A stretch of 54,974 bases of DNA, taken from Chiloscyllium plagiosum. Lineage: Eukaryota. The notes under the pieces are model-generated. The model was not told where the DNA came from and searched no databases. It saw only the letters and a list, made by a program, of their open reading frames with translations. This document shows positions 1 through 10,784 of the stretch, in pieces (the first letter of the stretch is position 1; each line of letters starts with the position of its first letter). The translations under genes were made by a program, and so were the position numbers. Where the stretch lies: assembly GCF_004010195.1 (NCBI RefSeq), contig NC_057750.1, positions 10,058,605 to 10,113,578 of the forward strand, written 5' to 3'.

Positions 1-247
1 TCCAGCACTGTCTCTGTGCCCCCCCCTCAGTAACTCCTGCACTGTCGCTCAGACCCACTGCAATCCCTCATTGCCTCTGAGCACCATGTTCATGAACAGC
101 AGCATTGCCTCTGGATCCCTCTCGTCATTTCACTGTGGAATCCCATTGGGTGAACTCTGACCCTGTCCTTGTCCAATAGTGATGAGGACCCGTTAGCAGA
201 TCTGTCTGAGTCGGTACCTAATCTGCGTTTTCCTGGGCGTTTTAAAG

Positions 248-330
248 GGAGCTTTAGTCTGTATCTAACCCTGTGCTGTCCCCATTCTGCGAGACTGTGT
301 AGAGGGAGTTTTCCTCTGTATCTAACTCCT
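248..330 (+). repeat. Two degenerate units of an abundant elasmobranch repeat (GGGAGCTTTA-TCTGTATCTAACCC)
   Basis: Motif at about 248 and 304; family recognised from recall only. Confidence 0.55.
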
Positions 331-671
331 TGCAGCTGGCCCTGTAGTAGACACTCAAGGAATATTTTGTGTTACTTTGATTATGTTCGTGTCCTGTTGG
401 TTATGGGTCACCTTTGGTTGAAGTGATAGTGTGGAATGTTAGTGACCCAGTCACCATTGTGTTTGGATAATCTGCTGAATAACTGAAGAGAAACTGAGGA
501 CTGGTCTTAAGCTGGTCCTATTGGTCTGTGTGTGAGGGTCAGAGGGTATGTGGTATCTGGGTGTTGGACTAAGGGTCTTGGTGATGTGATGGACACAGGT
601 CCTTTTGAAGATTGACCATTGATCTTGACCAATTGTATGAGGTGATTGAACATCTTGCAACACTGCTGTTG

Positions 672-1078
672 TGTCATGGAGATGTACGGCACGGAAACAG
701 ACCCTTCGGTCCATGTCATACAACCAGATATCCTAAATTAATCTAGTCCCATTTGCCAGCACTTGGCCCACATCCCTCTAAACTCTTCGTAATCATGTAC
801 CCATCCAGATGCCTTTTAAATGTTGTAATTGTACCAGACTCCACCACTTCTCTGGCAGCTCATTCCATACACGCACCACCCTCTGTGTGAAAAGGTTGCA
901 CCTTAGCTCTCTTTTATATCTTTCCCCTCTCACCCTAAACCTATGCCCTCTAGTTCTGGACTCCCCCATCCCAGGGAAAAAGACTTTGCCTATTTACCCT
1001 ATCCATACTTCTCATGATTTTATAAACTTCAATAAGGTCACCCCTCAGCTCCAGGGAAAATAGCCCCAGCCTGTTCTC
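672..1078 (-). mobile_element. CR1-clade LINE (HER1-like) 3' fragment
   Basis: Reverse complement of the ORF2 C-terminus/3' UTR seen in the 37033-37542 copy. Confidence 0.9.
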
Positions 1079-2629
1079 TCAAGATCAGGTGTAAACCTCC
1101 CAGGCCATCTGCTCTCATTTCCTTCAATCGTTTGCCATGAGATGGAGTAGCAGAAGTAGACCATTCAGTCCATCAATTCTATTCCACTGGTCAATGAAAT
1201 CATAATGTATCTGATAATCTTCAACTCTGCTAACCTGCACTTTCCCCACTAATTTTGATTGCCTTATTGATTAAAAATCTCAGCCTTGAACATATTGAAC
1301 AATCCAGCATTGACGCCCCTCTGTGGTAAAGAATTCCACAGACACACTACCCTCTGAGGGAAGAAATTCCTCCTCTGTCTCTGTCTTAGGTTGGCCTTAC
1401 CCTGAGATGATGTCGTCTGGTCCTAGACTCTCCCGCATTGAGGATCTCATGCCTTATTGTACGATCATTACCTGTCCCAGTCCGTTCACCTCCCAGCACC
1501 GAGGGCTGCAGCAATGAATCCTCGACTCTTCCTTCTCGTTCTCACAGGTGGGTACTCAAAGTGTGCAGGTCCTAAGTTCTGCCAGAATCAGCGCGGGAAG
1601 CCATCAGTAAATCCCTTCCACTGAGCATGGCGGATCTTTAACAGAGGAGCACTTCTCAGGCCTCAGACCTCAGGCCTTTGCTGAGCACTCAGACAGCTGG
1701 CAGTGCTTGGACCAATGCTCATCCTTACAGACATGGAGTCAGCGCCAAATGTGCGGTCCATCCACCTCACCATGAGCAGATCACAAACTGACACCTCCAG
1801 GTTCAAACAATGGACCTTAATGAATTTTGATCTACTCCGTGCTGTAGCCAGGATGCTGACATAGGACCAAAATTGCCCCTTCACCCCTGCATTTTAATGA
1901 GGAGAATTTAAATTAGATTCCAGACAAATGAGCTATTTGGCTCAACCAGGCATAGGTCCCTACAGGTGTCTATCTTTAACTTGAGATCCCTCCCCTGTTC
2001 CTTTATCTAGATTCACTGTTGTAACTCTCAATCCCCTTCTCCCTCACAGCCTTTCCCCCCTTTAAATTCATCTCTGCTATTGTTTCCTTCACTCCATATG
2101 TTCCACATTCTCACCACTACCTGGATGAAGCTGTTGCTCCTGAATTCCCTGTTGGACTCCCTTTGGGATTACCTTCGATTGACGGGCTTCAGTTCTCTTC
2201 TCCCTCACCACAAGTGGAAATGTTCTTCCCGTATCCACTCAAACAAAACGTTCCATCACTTTCAAGACCTCGATTAATCGCCCCCCCCCTCCTCTTTTCA
2301 TGAGAGGACGGATCCAATTCTATCACTGTTCTGAGGAAGGGTCACTGGACCTGAAACGTTAAAACTCTGATTCCCTCTCCACAGATGGTGCTGGACCTGC
2401 TGAGCTTTTCCAGCAATTTCTGCTTTGGACTTCCCAATTGTTTCTTGATTTGTAGACCCACAAATTCATTTCTGTAGGCTGCTGTGAAGGCGACAAGTAC
2501 AGGAGAATTTCCCCTCACACCTTTCTAGTCAAACATTCCCAAGGTTCTGACAGAGGGACTGTTTGGCCAGGTCACTTCCCTGTCATTTGTGATGGACTGA
2601 TATGTGCTGTTATGACTCCCAGGGAAATG

Positions 2630-2905
2630 GTAGAATCTCTACAGTGTGGGAACAGGCCGTTTGGCCCATTGACCCAACAGCGACCGTCCGAAGAGCATTG
2701 CACGCAGACCCCTATCCTATCACCCTGTATTTCCCTTGGCCAATTCACCTAACCTGCACATCTTTGGACTGTGGGAGGAAATTGGAGCACCCGGAGGAAA
2801 CAGGGAGAATGTGCAAACTCCACACAGACGGTCGCCCGTGGGTGGAATCAAACCCAGGTCCCCGGCGCTGGGAGGCAGCAGCAGCTAGCCACCGTGCCAC
2901 CCCTG
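2630..2905 (-). mobile_element. HE1-like tRNA-derived V-SINE
   Basis: Reverse-strand head GGCACGGTGGCT..., B-box-like GGTTTGATTCC, V-domain TGTGTGGAGTTTGCACATTCTCCC, CR1-like tail. Confidence 0.85.
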
Positions 2906-3217
2906 CTGCATAAGGCCTGCAAGATCGTTCAAAAAGTAAAGTTGCCCATGCGCATAAAGCAGTGAGATTCCTGGGTGGTCTCACTGCATCAAATGCCTCA
3001 AGTCCAGAAATGGGCTCTCCTGGAGGGAACACTTCAGATGCCTTCACCTAGGGAAGAAAATCAAAGGAAATCAAGCAGGAGGCTGATTTTCTGGGGATGG
3101 GGGGGGGGAAAGAGAGGTCTACCGGGTTGGTCAGTGAATCAGGCAGAAACAGAAGTCCTACTGATTGCCGATTCTTCTGCCTATTGGGTCAAATCTCTGA
3201 GTATAAATAAAATCGTT

Positions 3218-3541
3218 GAGGAGAAAGTGAGGTCTGCAGATGCTGGAGATCAGAGCTGAAAATGTGTTGCTGGAAAAGCGCAGCAGGTCAGGCAGCATCT
3301 AGGGGCTGAAAATGTGTTGCTGGAAAAGCGCAGCAGGTCAGGCAGCATCCAGGAAACAGGAGAATCGACGTTTCAGGCATAAGCCCTTCTTCAGGAATGC
3401 ATCCAGGGGCTGAAAATGTCTTGCTGGAAAAGCGCAGCAGGCTGAAAATTCCTGAAGAAGGGCTTATGCCCGAAACGTCGATTCTCCTGTTCCCTGGATG
3501 CTGCCTGACATGCTGCGCTTTTCCAGCAACACATTTTCAGC
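3218..3541. mobile_element. Palindromic Penelope-like (pLTR-derived) insertion with two opposed hammerhead motifs
   Basis: Inverted arms; motifs at 3363-3398 (-) and 3448-3483 (+); imperfect 14-bp flanking duplication 3202-3215/3542-3555. Confidence 0.8.
3448..3483 (+). ncRNA. Minimal type I hammerhead ribozyme motif
   Basis: CTGAAGA-A-GGGC ttat GCCC-GAAA-CGTC; palindromic ACGT stem III, GUC cleavage triplet. Confidence 0.75.
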
Positions 3542-3805
3542 TATGAATAAAACCGACCTTCTGTAGCTAAGAGGATATCAAGCAGGGTACAGGGGAGAAT
3601 TACCAGGACGGTTACCAGGGAAAGAGCTGCAGGAAAATGCTGGTGGTGTTCCATTTCGATCAGACAAGGCCAAGTTGGAGATTTCATTGAGAGATACGTG
3701 GAATCGTTAAGGAGTTGGATAAAGCTTGCAGGCAGGACCTGTACACCTTAGCAGAGAGGGGTGGAGATTGAAAAAGATTGTGGGGAATTGAGGAGTAAAC
3801 CTTTC

Positions 3806-4047
3806 AGAGCTGAAAATGTGTTGCTGGAAAAGCGCAGCAGGTCAGGCAGCATCCAGGGGCTGAAAATGTGTTGCTGGAAAAGCGCAGCAGGTCAGGCAGC
3901 ATCCAGGGAACAGGAGAATCTTCGGAAGGGCTTATGCCCGAAACGTCGATTCTCCTGTTCCTTGGATGCTGCCTGACCTGCTGCGCTTTTCCAGCAACAC
4001 ATTTTCAGCTCTGATCTCCAGCATCTGCGGTCCTCACTTTCTCCTCC
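3806..4047. mobile_element. Palindromic Penelope-like insertion nested in an old CR1 3' fragment
   Basis: Inverted arms; perfect 14-bp duplication GAGTAAACCTTTCA at 3793-3806/4048-4061; host CR1 remnant spans about 3680-4250. Confidence 0.8.
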
Positions 4048-4496
4048 GAGTAAACCTTTCACCCAAACAGCGGCAGGGTGGTGGAACTCATTGCCTGAAA
4101 AGGTGGTTGAGCCAGAAACCCTCTTCTTAAAGGAACACTAAAGTGTTTACTTGAGGAGATGTAACCTACAGGGCTATGGACCAAGAGCTGGGATTAGGCT
4201 GGATGGCTCTCTTAAACATGATGGGCCAAATGGCCTCCTTCTGTGCTATAAGTCTTGCTCAATGAATGTTACCTGCTTCCCTTTGTGATTTTCCCAAGGC
4301 AAAATGGACAACAATGAGTCGAGGAGTCTCAATCATCTGAGCATGTCGCTGGAGAGAGACCTGTATCTGCACCATCTCTCTCAGGAAGTGAGTGTGCTTC
4401 CCACTGAACCACACTGGTCACCTGTCTCGGTACTCATTGTCCTCCCAGATCCATTACCCTTCCCATAACGTTTCTGATGTGGTGCCTGACAAAATG

Positions 4497-4842
4497 ATAG
4501 AATTCTTACAGTACAGAAACAGGCCCTTCGGCCCAACAAGTCTATACCGATCCTCCAAAGAGTAACCCACCCAGACCCATTCCCTCTACCCTATATTTAC
4601 CCCTGACTAATGTACCTAACCTACACATCCCTGAACACTATGGGCAATTTAGCATGGCCAATCCACCCTAACCTGCACATCCATGGACACTATGGGGCAA
4701 TTTAGCATGGCCAATCCACCCTAACCTACACATCTTTGGACAGTGGGAAGAAACTGGAGCATCTGGAGGAAGCCAATGCAGACACGGGGAGAATGTGCAA
4801 ACTCCACTCGGACAGTTGCCCGAGTCAGGAATCGAACCTTGA
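4497..4842 (-). mobile_element. HE1-like SINE with internal ~53-bp tandem duplication
   Basis: Repeated CACTATGGGCAATTTAGCATGGCCAATCCACCCTAACCT unit; V-domain. Confidence 0.85.
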
Positions 4843-5304
4843 CTTTTTGAAAATTCGTATGAGTCTTGTCATCGTCCCCAAAGGTTGTGAGAATTGTTCA
4901 AGATTGAAATTGATCAATGTTAATGATGTCAGGGGATATAGAGATAGCGCAGGAAAATGGCATTGATGTAGATGATCAGTCATGAGGGGCTGAATGGCCT
5001 ACCCCACTCCTATATTCCTATGTGATAAAGTTGGTCAAAGGGTGACTGGTGAGACAGTTGGAAACCTGCGATTACGAGGCCTGGAAGCAAGTTCACTATG
5101 ACCCAAGAGTTTCTGAAGATAACATCTTTGAGGAATTCAATGAGTAACCAACTCTTCACTCATTGGAGAAGAGTCCCATATGTGAGAGTTACGTTAGGAC
5201 CTGCCCTGGGGGCAGAACGCAACGGATAGATAGATAAAGATTGGCAGTCATAATGAGAGCCATTTATAAAAAAGATTCTTATAATCAATACCAATAATAA
5301 TGAG

Positions 5305-5516
5305 TTAAAAAATCACACAACACCAGGTTATAGTCCAACAGGTTTATTAGGAAGCACTAGTTTTTGGAATGCTGCTCCTTCATCAGGTGGTTCATCACAA
5401 CCACCTGATGAAGGAGCGTCGCTCCGAAAGCTTCCAAATAAACCTGTTGGACTATAACCTGGTGTTGTGTGATTTTTAACTTTGTCCACCCCAGTCCAAC
5501 ACCGGCATCTCCAAAT
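5305..5516. mobile_element. Palindromic Penelope-like mini-element (second family) with hammerhead motif
   Basis: Arms AAAAATCACACAACACCAGGTTATAGTCCAACAGG; CTGATGA-AGGAGCGTCGCTCC-GAAA at 5405-5429; perfect 13-bp duplication CAATAATAATGAG at 5292-5304/5517-5529. Confidence 0.82.
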
Positions 5517-6539
5517 CAATAATAATGAGATACACGAGCAGGCATACCATTGGAGGTTTTTCCTTAATCAAAGAAGCTTATGAATCGAATGGTCACTCCT
5601 CACAAGTTATAAGGTAAACATTTTGAAAAAAAAATGTATCAAAATGGGTTTGATCAATCTGGTATGGTACATGGGAGGAGCACATTAGTGCAGACACTGG
5701 AAAACACAAAATGCTGGCGATCACAGTGGGTCATATAGCATCTATGGACAGAGAGCAAACTTTTACCTTTAAGGAGTCTCCTACCCTCGAAGCCAATGAA
5801 GTGAACAGCTAAAGTTAAAAATTGGATTCTCCTTACTGTGCTGCACGGGGACTAGGTGAGGAAATTGGAATTTAGATAAACAGCAACATGCGTCTCAGAA
5901 TTTATCTTCACTTGCCATTTTTGTTCTTATTTGTGTGACCAGTCACAGAGCACACAGTATTAAAAAGATTCCTCCCCGCCACCCCGCACCCCCTGCCTCT
6001 TTTATCATCACTTCTCTTTAGTTTTGTGCAATATATTCCTGGGTTTCAGGCCAGTCTGACCTGAGAGAGGTTGTCAGTGTTTCAGTGCAGGCTCTAGGCT
6101 CCACTTCTGTGCTAGGACAGTGCTGGGCCCCCTCTGTAACACCAATGGAGATATTGGGAACAAATTCAGGCAAAACTCCCAAGTCAGCGGGGAATCCCTT
6201 TGCCGGGGTTGAGCTGTTAGAAATGCAACAATAGCAGAGGTGGCTTCTGGGAGTGCTGCAGCTCTGTGTTATTTCAGGGTGAATTTTCCATGGGAGAGGC
6301 TGAAGGGAGGGTCAACCACTCAACCACAGAATTTACAACCTTATCTGTTGAGTAATTCATACCTGAGGCACAGCGGAGTGCCGACAAGCCCAAAATAACT
6401 ATTTTTCTTTCAGTTGAGAAACCTTTCAGCTCAGTAGATGGGCTACAGAAGCTGTGATGGTTCTCCTTAAGAGCAGAGAAAGTTAAAGGGAGATTTGGCA
6501 GAAGTGCTCAAAACCAGGAACTATGTAATTGTTGAGGAG

Positions 6540-6835
6540 ATAGGATCTCTACAGTGTGGAAGCAGGCTATTCAGCCCATCGGGTCCATGCCAATCCTCCG
6601 AAGAGCATCCCACCCTATAACCTTGCATTTCCCCTGGTTAACCCACCTAACCTGAGCACTACGGGCAATTTAGTATGGCCAATCCATCTAACTGCATATC
6701 TTTAGACTGTGGAAGGCAACCCACGCAAGACACAGGGAGACTGTGCAAACTCCACACAGACATTCGCTCAAGGGTGGATTCTAACCTGAACTCCTAGCAC
6801 TGTGAGGCAGCAGTGCTAACCACTGAGCCACCGTG
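6540..6835 (-). mobile_element. HE1-like SINE
   Basis: Ends in GCAGTGCTAACCACTGAGCCACCGTG (reverse-complement A-box head). Confidence 0.85.
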
Positions 6836-7014
6836 ATACTGGCTGGAGAGTCAGAAATGTATTTAAGTTAACTAGCAAAAGCACAAGATGGGAGATCAAA
6901 ATTATTTTGTTTTGACAGAGAGGGTTGTTATGGCCTAGAATTCACCACCTTGAATGGACAGTGGAAGCACATCCACTGGTAACTTCTTTCCAATGCGGAA
7001 TTGCATTTGTACTA

Positions 7015-7320
7015 AAGAGTCATAGATTCATTGAGATGTACAGCATGGAAACAGACCCTTCCCTCCAACTCATCCATGCCGACCAGATATCCTAAATTAG
7101 TCTATTCTCAATTGTCAGCATTTCTCTGTATCCCTCTAAACCCTTCCTATTCATATACCCGTCCAGATGCCTTTTAAATGTTGTTGTTTTACCAGCCTCC
7201 ACCACTTCCTCTGGCAGCTCATTCCATACACACACCACCCTCTGAGTGAAAAAGTTGCCCCTTAGGTCCCTTTTAAATCATCCCCCTCTTACCTTAAACC
7301 TATGCCCTCTCGTTCTAGAT
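7015..7320 (-). mobile_element. CR1 LINE 3' fragment running into gap
   Basis: Same family as 672-1078. Confidence 0.88.
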
Positions 7321-7820
7321 NNNNNNNNNNNNNNNNNNNNNNNNNNNNNNNNNNNNNNNNNNNNNNNNNNNNNNNNNNNNNNNNNNNNNNNNNNNNNNNN
7401 NNNNNNNNNNNNNNNNNNNNNNNNNNNNNNNNNNNNNNNNNNNNNNNNNNNNNNNNNNNNNNNNNNNNNNNNNNNNNNNNNNNNNNNNNNNNNNNNNNNN
7501 NNNNNNNNNNNNNNNNNNNNNNNNNNNNNNNNNNNNNNNNNNNNNNNNNNNNNNNNNNNNNNNNNNNNNNNNNNNNNNNNNNNNNNNNNNNNNNNNNNNN
7601 NNNNNNNNNNNNNNNNNNNNNNNNNNNNNNNNNNNNNNNNNNNNNNNNNNNNNNNNNNNNNNNNNNNNNNNNNNNNNNNNNNNNNNNNNNNNNNNNNNNN
7701 NNNNNNNNNNNNNNNNNNNNNNNNNNNNNNNNNNNNNNNNNNNNNNNNNNNNNNNNNNNNNNNNNNNNNNNNNNNNNNNNNNNNNNNNNNNNNNNNNNNN
7801 NNNNNNNNNNNNNNNNNNNN
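7321..7820. other. Assembly gap (500 N)
   Basis: N run; probably hides the SYMPK stop codon and 3' UTR. Confidence 1.
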
Positions 7821-7855
7821 GGCTGCTGACTGGCGTGTTCCCTGGGGGCAGAGTC
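7821..7855 (-). CDS. SYMPK: Probable SYMPK terminal exon start (DSAPREHASQQ...), truncated by gap
   Basis: ctctttgctcccgaaacag|GAC acceptor, in phase with the 8250 donor; open into the N gap; no homology support visible. Confidence 0.5.
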
Positions 7856-8249
7856 CTGTTTCGGGAGCAAAGAGCACCAGTTACTGAGTTGCGACGGTCA
7901 GCATCACCAATCCCAAACAAAGATCAGCATCGCCCATTGGTGCACCCTCTCCCCACCAAAAGCCCACACGTATTCTCCCATCTGTCAGTTAGCACAGCTC
8001 GCACATTACTCAGGAGCAGTCCCCTAACCCAGGACTGGAGGTGTATTCAGAACACCCACGTTAAAAGTTGTCTGGTAATTGGCTGTGACAGTAAGAGAGG
8101 GAAGCAACATTCCCTCAAGATGAGATTTAATTGGAAGCATCTCCCCTTCAACAGTTAAGTTGCACCACATTGCTTGCCTATCACACAGTGCAAGTATAAG
8201 CCTGAACTTAACGTACTGCAATATTAACCACAATACGCTCTTTACGTAC

Positions 8250-8903
8250 AGTATCCATGACAACCATCCCATGGGACGTCTCATCCAAAGCCATCGGTCC
8301 CTCCTCCTCTTCCTTCACATCGATGATGATTGTTGGATTCTCTGTCTCTCTGTTTGCAGTCGGGTCAGGAACGCTGCTGCTGGTTTCCATCGGCTCGTCC
8401 TTTGGCTCCACAACCACGGCAGTGGTCGTTTGGCTTAGGACTGCCTGGCTGGGTGGTGCCAAGGCGGCCTGGGTGGGAGACTTGGAGGCAGCCTGGCTGG
8501 AAGGGCCCGGGGCGATCAGGCTGGGAGGAGCCGGGATGGTTTTGACTGCGGGAGACGGGGCGATCAGGCTCGGAGGGGCTGGGGTGATCAGGCTCGGGGG
8601 TGCAGGGGTGGTCTGGACTGGAGGCGCCGGGACTACCAGGTTTGGAGGGGCCGGGGCAGATTGGACTGAGGGGGTGGCGACAATCTGATTCTGAGGAGCC
8701 ACGGCAGTCTGGATTGGGGGCACAGGGGCAGTCAGACTTGGAGGAGCCGGCGTGCTCTGTAGTGGGTGCAGCTGTGCAGCTAGTTGCTGCTGCTTGAGTT
8801 TCTGTTCCTCCTCCAGTTTTCTCTTCAAAGCTTTCTCCTGTGCCAGCCGCATGGTGATCAGATCCTTCTGGGTGTGAGCAATGGTCAGATGCTGCACTTC
8901 CTC
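8250..8903 (-). CDS. SYMPK: Symplekin C-terminal low-complexity exon (QKDLITMRLAQEKALKRKLEEEQKLK followed by Pro/Ala repeats)
   Basis: ttatag|GAG acceptor; matches human QDLIGLRLAQEKALKRQLEEEQKLK. Donor ACT|gtacgt at 8250 is inferred; unspliced, the frame stops at 8208. Confidence 0.88.
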
Positions 8904-8994
8904 CTATAATACATCAAGTAACAACCCACGGTCAGGAAATCAACTGATGAGTCCGGCTTCCAAATGAATCCGGCAAACTTTATTTTCTATCAAC

Positions 8995-9348
8995 AGAATC
9001 ATAAAATCCCTCCAGTGTGGAAGCAGGCCATTCAGCCCAAAGAGTTTATACTGACCCACTGGACAGCATCCCACCCAGAACCACCCACTACACTATCCCT
9101 GTAACCCTGCAACTACCATGGCTAATTCACCAAGCCTGCACATCCCTGGACACTATGGGCAATTTAGCATGGCCAATCCATCCTAACCTGCACATCTTTG
9201 GACTGTGGGAGGGAACCAGAGCACCCAGAGGAAACCCTCGCAGACACGGGGAGACTGTGCCAACACCACACAGTCACCCAAAGGTGGAATCGAACCCAGA
9301 CTCATGGATTGTGAGGCAGCAGTGCTAACACTGAGCCACCGTGCTGCC
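8995..9348 (-). mobile_element. HE1-like SINE
   Basis: Head, V-domain and tail all present. Confidence 0.87.
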
Positions 9349-9549
9349 TTAAAAATTAATGTTAAACAATAGACAAGGGTCAGTTTGTTGGATCAAAATG
9401 GTGCTAACAATATAAGGTGCCATCCCTGTTCTGGTTGGGACCAATTCAGAACCTGCCTCCTTGCCCTATCCATAGTGCAGGTTGTGTCATTGTGGGTCAG
9501 TGAAGGTAGATTTTGAACAGCCAGCTCTCTGTTCAGCCCATCTCTGCAG

Positions 9550-9641
9550 CAGATGAAGGGCTTACGCTCGAAATTTCGATTCTCCTGCTTCTCGGATGCT
9601 GCCTGAACTGCTGTGCTTTTCCAGCGCCACACTTTTCGACC
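9550..9641 (+). mobile_element. Penelope-like pLTR fragment with decayed hammerhead
   Basis: CAGATGAAGGGCTTACGCTCGAAATTTCGATTCTCCTGC...GGATGCTGCCTG. Confidence 0.7.
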
Positions 9642-9763
9642 TATCGCTACAGGAGTCCCTCAAAGAACCTGCAAATCACGTTCAAATTATACCTAAACAA
9701 ATAATGACTTCCAGTTCTTGAGAAACTTTGGAAAACTGAGAACAGTTAGTAGACTGTAAATTT

Positions 9764-10472
9764 CCAGATATCCTAACCAAATCTAGTCCGACCTGCCAGC
9801 ACCTGGCCCATATCCCTCCAAACCCTTCCTATTCATATACCCATCCAAATGCCTTTTAAATGTTGCAATTGTACCAGCCTCCACCACTTCGTCTGGCAGC
9901 TCATTCCATACACGTACCACCCTCTGTGTGAAAACGTTGCCCCTTAGGTCCCTTTTATATCTTTCCCCTCTCACTCTACACCCATGCCCTCTAGTTCTGG
10001 ACTCTCCGACCCCAGGGAAGAGACTTTGTCTATTTATCCTATCCATGCCTCTCATAATTTTGTAAACCTCTATAAGGTCACCCCTCAGCCTCCAACACTC
10101 CAAGGAAAACAGCCCCAGCCTATTCAGCCTCTCCCTACAGCTCAAATCCTTCAACCCTGGCAACATCCTTGTAAATCTTTTCCGAACCCATTCCAAGTTT
10201 CACAACATCTTTCCGATAGGAAGGAGACCAGAATTGCATGCAATATTCCAACAGTGGCCTAACCAATGTCCTGTACAGCCGCAACATGACCTCCCAACTC
10301 CTGTACTCAATACTCTGACCAATAAAAGAAAGCATACCAAACGCCTTCTTCACTATCCTATCTATCTGCGACTCCACTTTCAAGGAGCTATTAACCTGGA
10401 CTCCAAGATTTCTTTGGACGGATTGCATCGAAGGGACTATTTTCCATGCTGTACATCTCTATGACTCTATGA
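9764..10472. mobile_element. CR1 LINE with internal inversion (body minus 9764-10414, 3' terminus plus 10415-10472)
   Basis: Minus-strand ORF2 C-terminus (LVRPLLEYCMQFWSP...LRGDLIEVYKIM); plus-strand terminal GAAGGG...CTGTACATCTCTATGACTCTATGA. Confidence 0.88.
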
Positions 10473-10586
10473 TAGGACTTCACAGAGTCAGGATTATACC
10501 TCTGGTTTCAGTTAACTATTTTAGGGAGTTCAGGCTTAGCTAAGAAAACAGGTTGTTTTTAGGAGAAATAAATGTGCAGCACCTAC

Positions 10587-10676
10587 CTCACCCGCTGGCT
10601 TTTGCTCAACAGTCTCTGCATCTGGCTTCAAGTTGGCCTCCAGCACAGTCATTATTGACTTAGGAATGTGATTTTG
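10587..10676 (-). CDS. SYMPK: Symplekin exon: QNHIPKSIMTVLEANLKPDAETVEQKPAGE
   Basis: ttgcag|CAA...GAG|gtaggt; 90 nt; matches human QAHIPNSIMTILEA; an alternative donor lies 5 nt upstream. Confidence 0.93.
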
Positions 10677-10784
10677 CTGCAAATTAAATTGATGTCATAT
10701 TAGTGCAAGTTGCCTTGCCTGGCAGCAGAGCCTAGGTAACTATTCAACCACTTGGCTGCTGACCAATTCAATTCAGTGTAGTTC

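Noticed and set aside
1..426. Possible exon or ORF 169-426 (SNSDEDPLADLSES...)
   Set aside because: Stops in all frames after the candidate acceptor, the ORF runs through a repeat, and no homology was recognised.
3255..3450. CRISPR-like reiterated ~48-bp units
   Set aside because: Eukaryotic context, no unique spacers or cas genes; internal duplications of a PLE pLTR.
5305..5516. Class II MITE interpretation of the palindromic elements
   Set aside because: Arms are asymmetric, duplications vary in length (11-14 bp), and the same sequence follows a PLE-type Cys-rich ORF remnant elsewhere in the window.
7246..7920. Long ORFs spanning N runs (also 12961-13723 and 31289-32218)
   Set aside because: Artefacts of translating gaps.
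8257..8797. Plus-strand Gly/Ala-rich ORFs
   Set aside because: Antisense shadows of the Pro-rich SYMPK exon.
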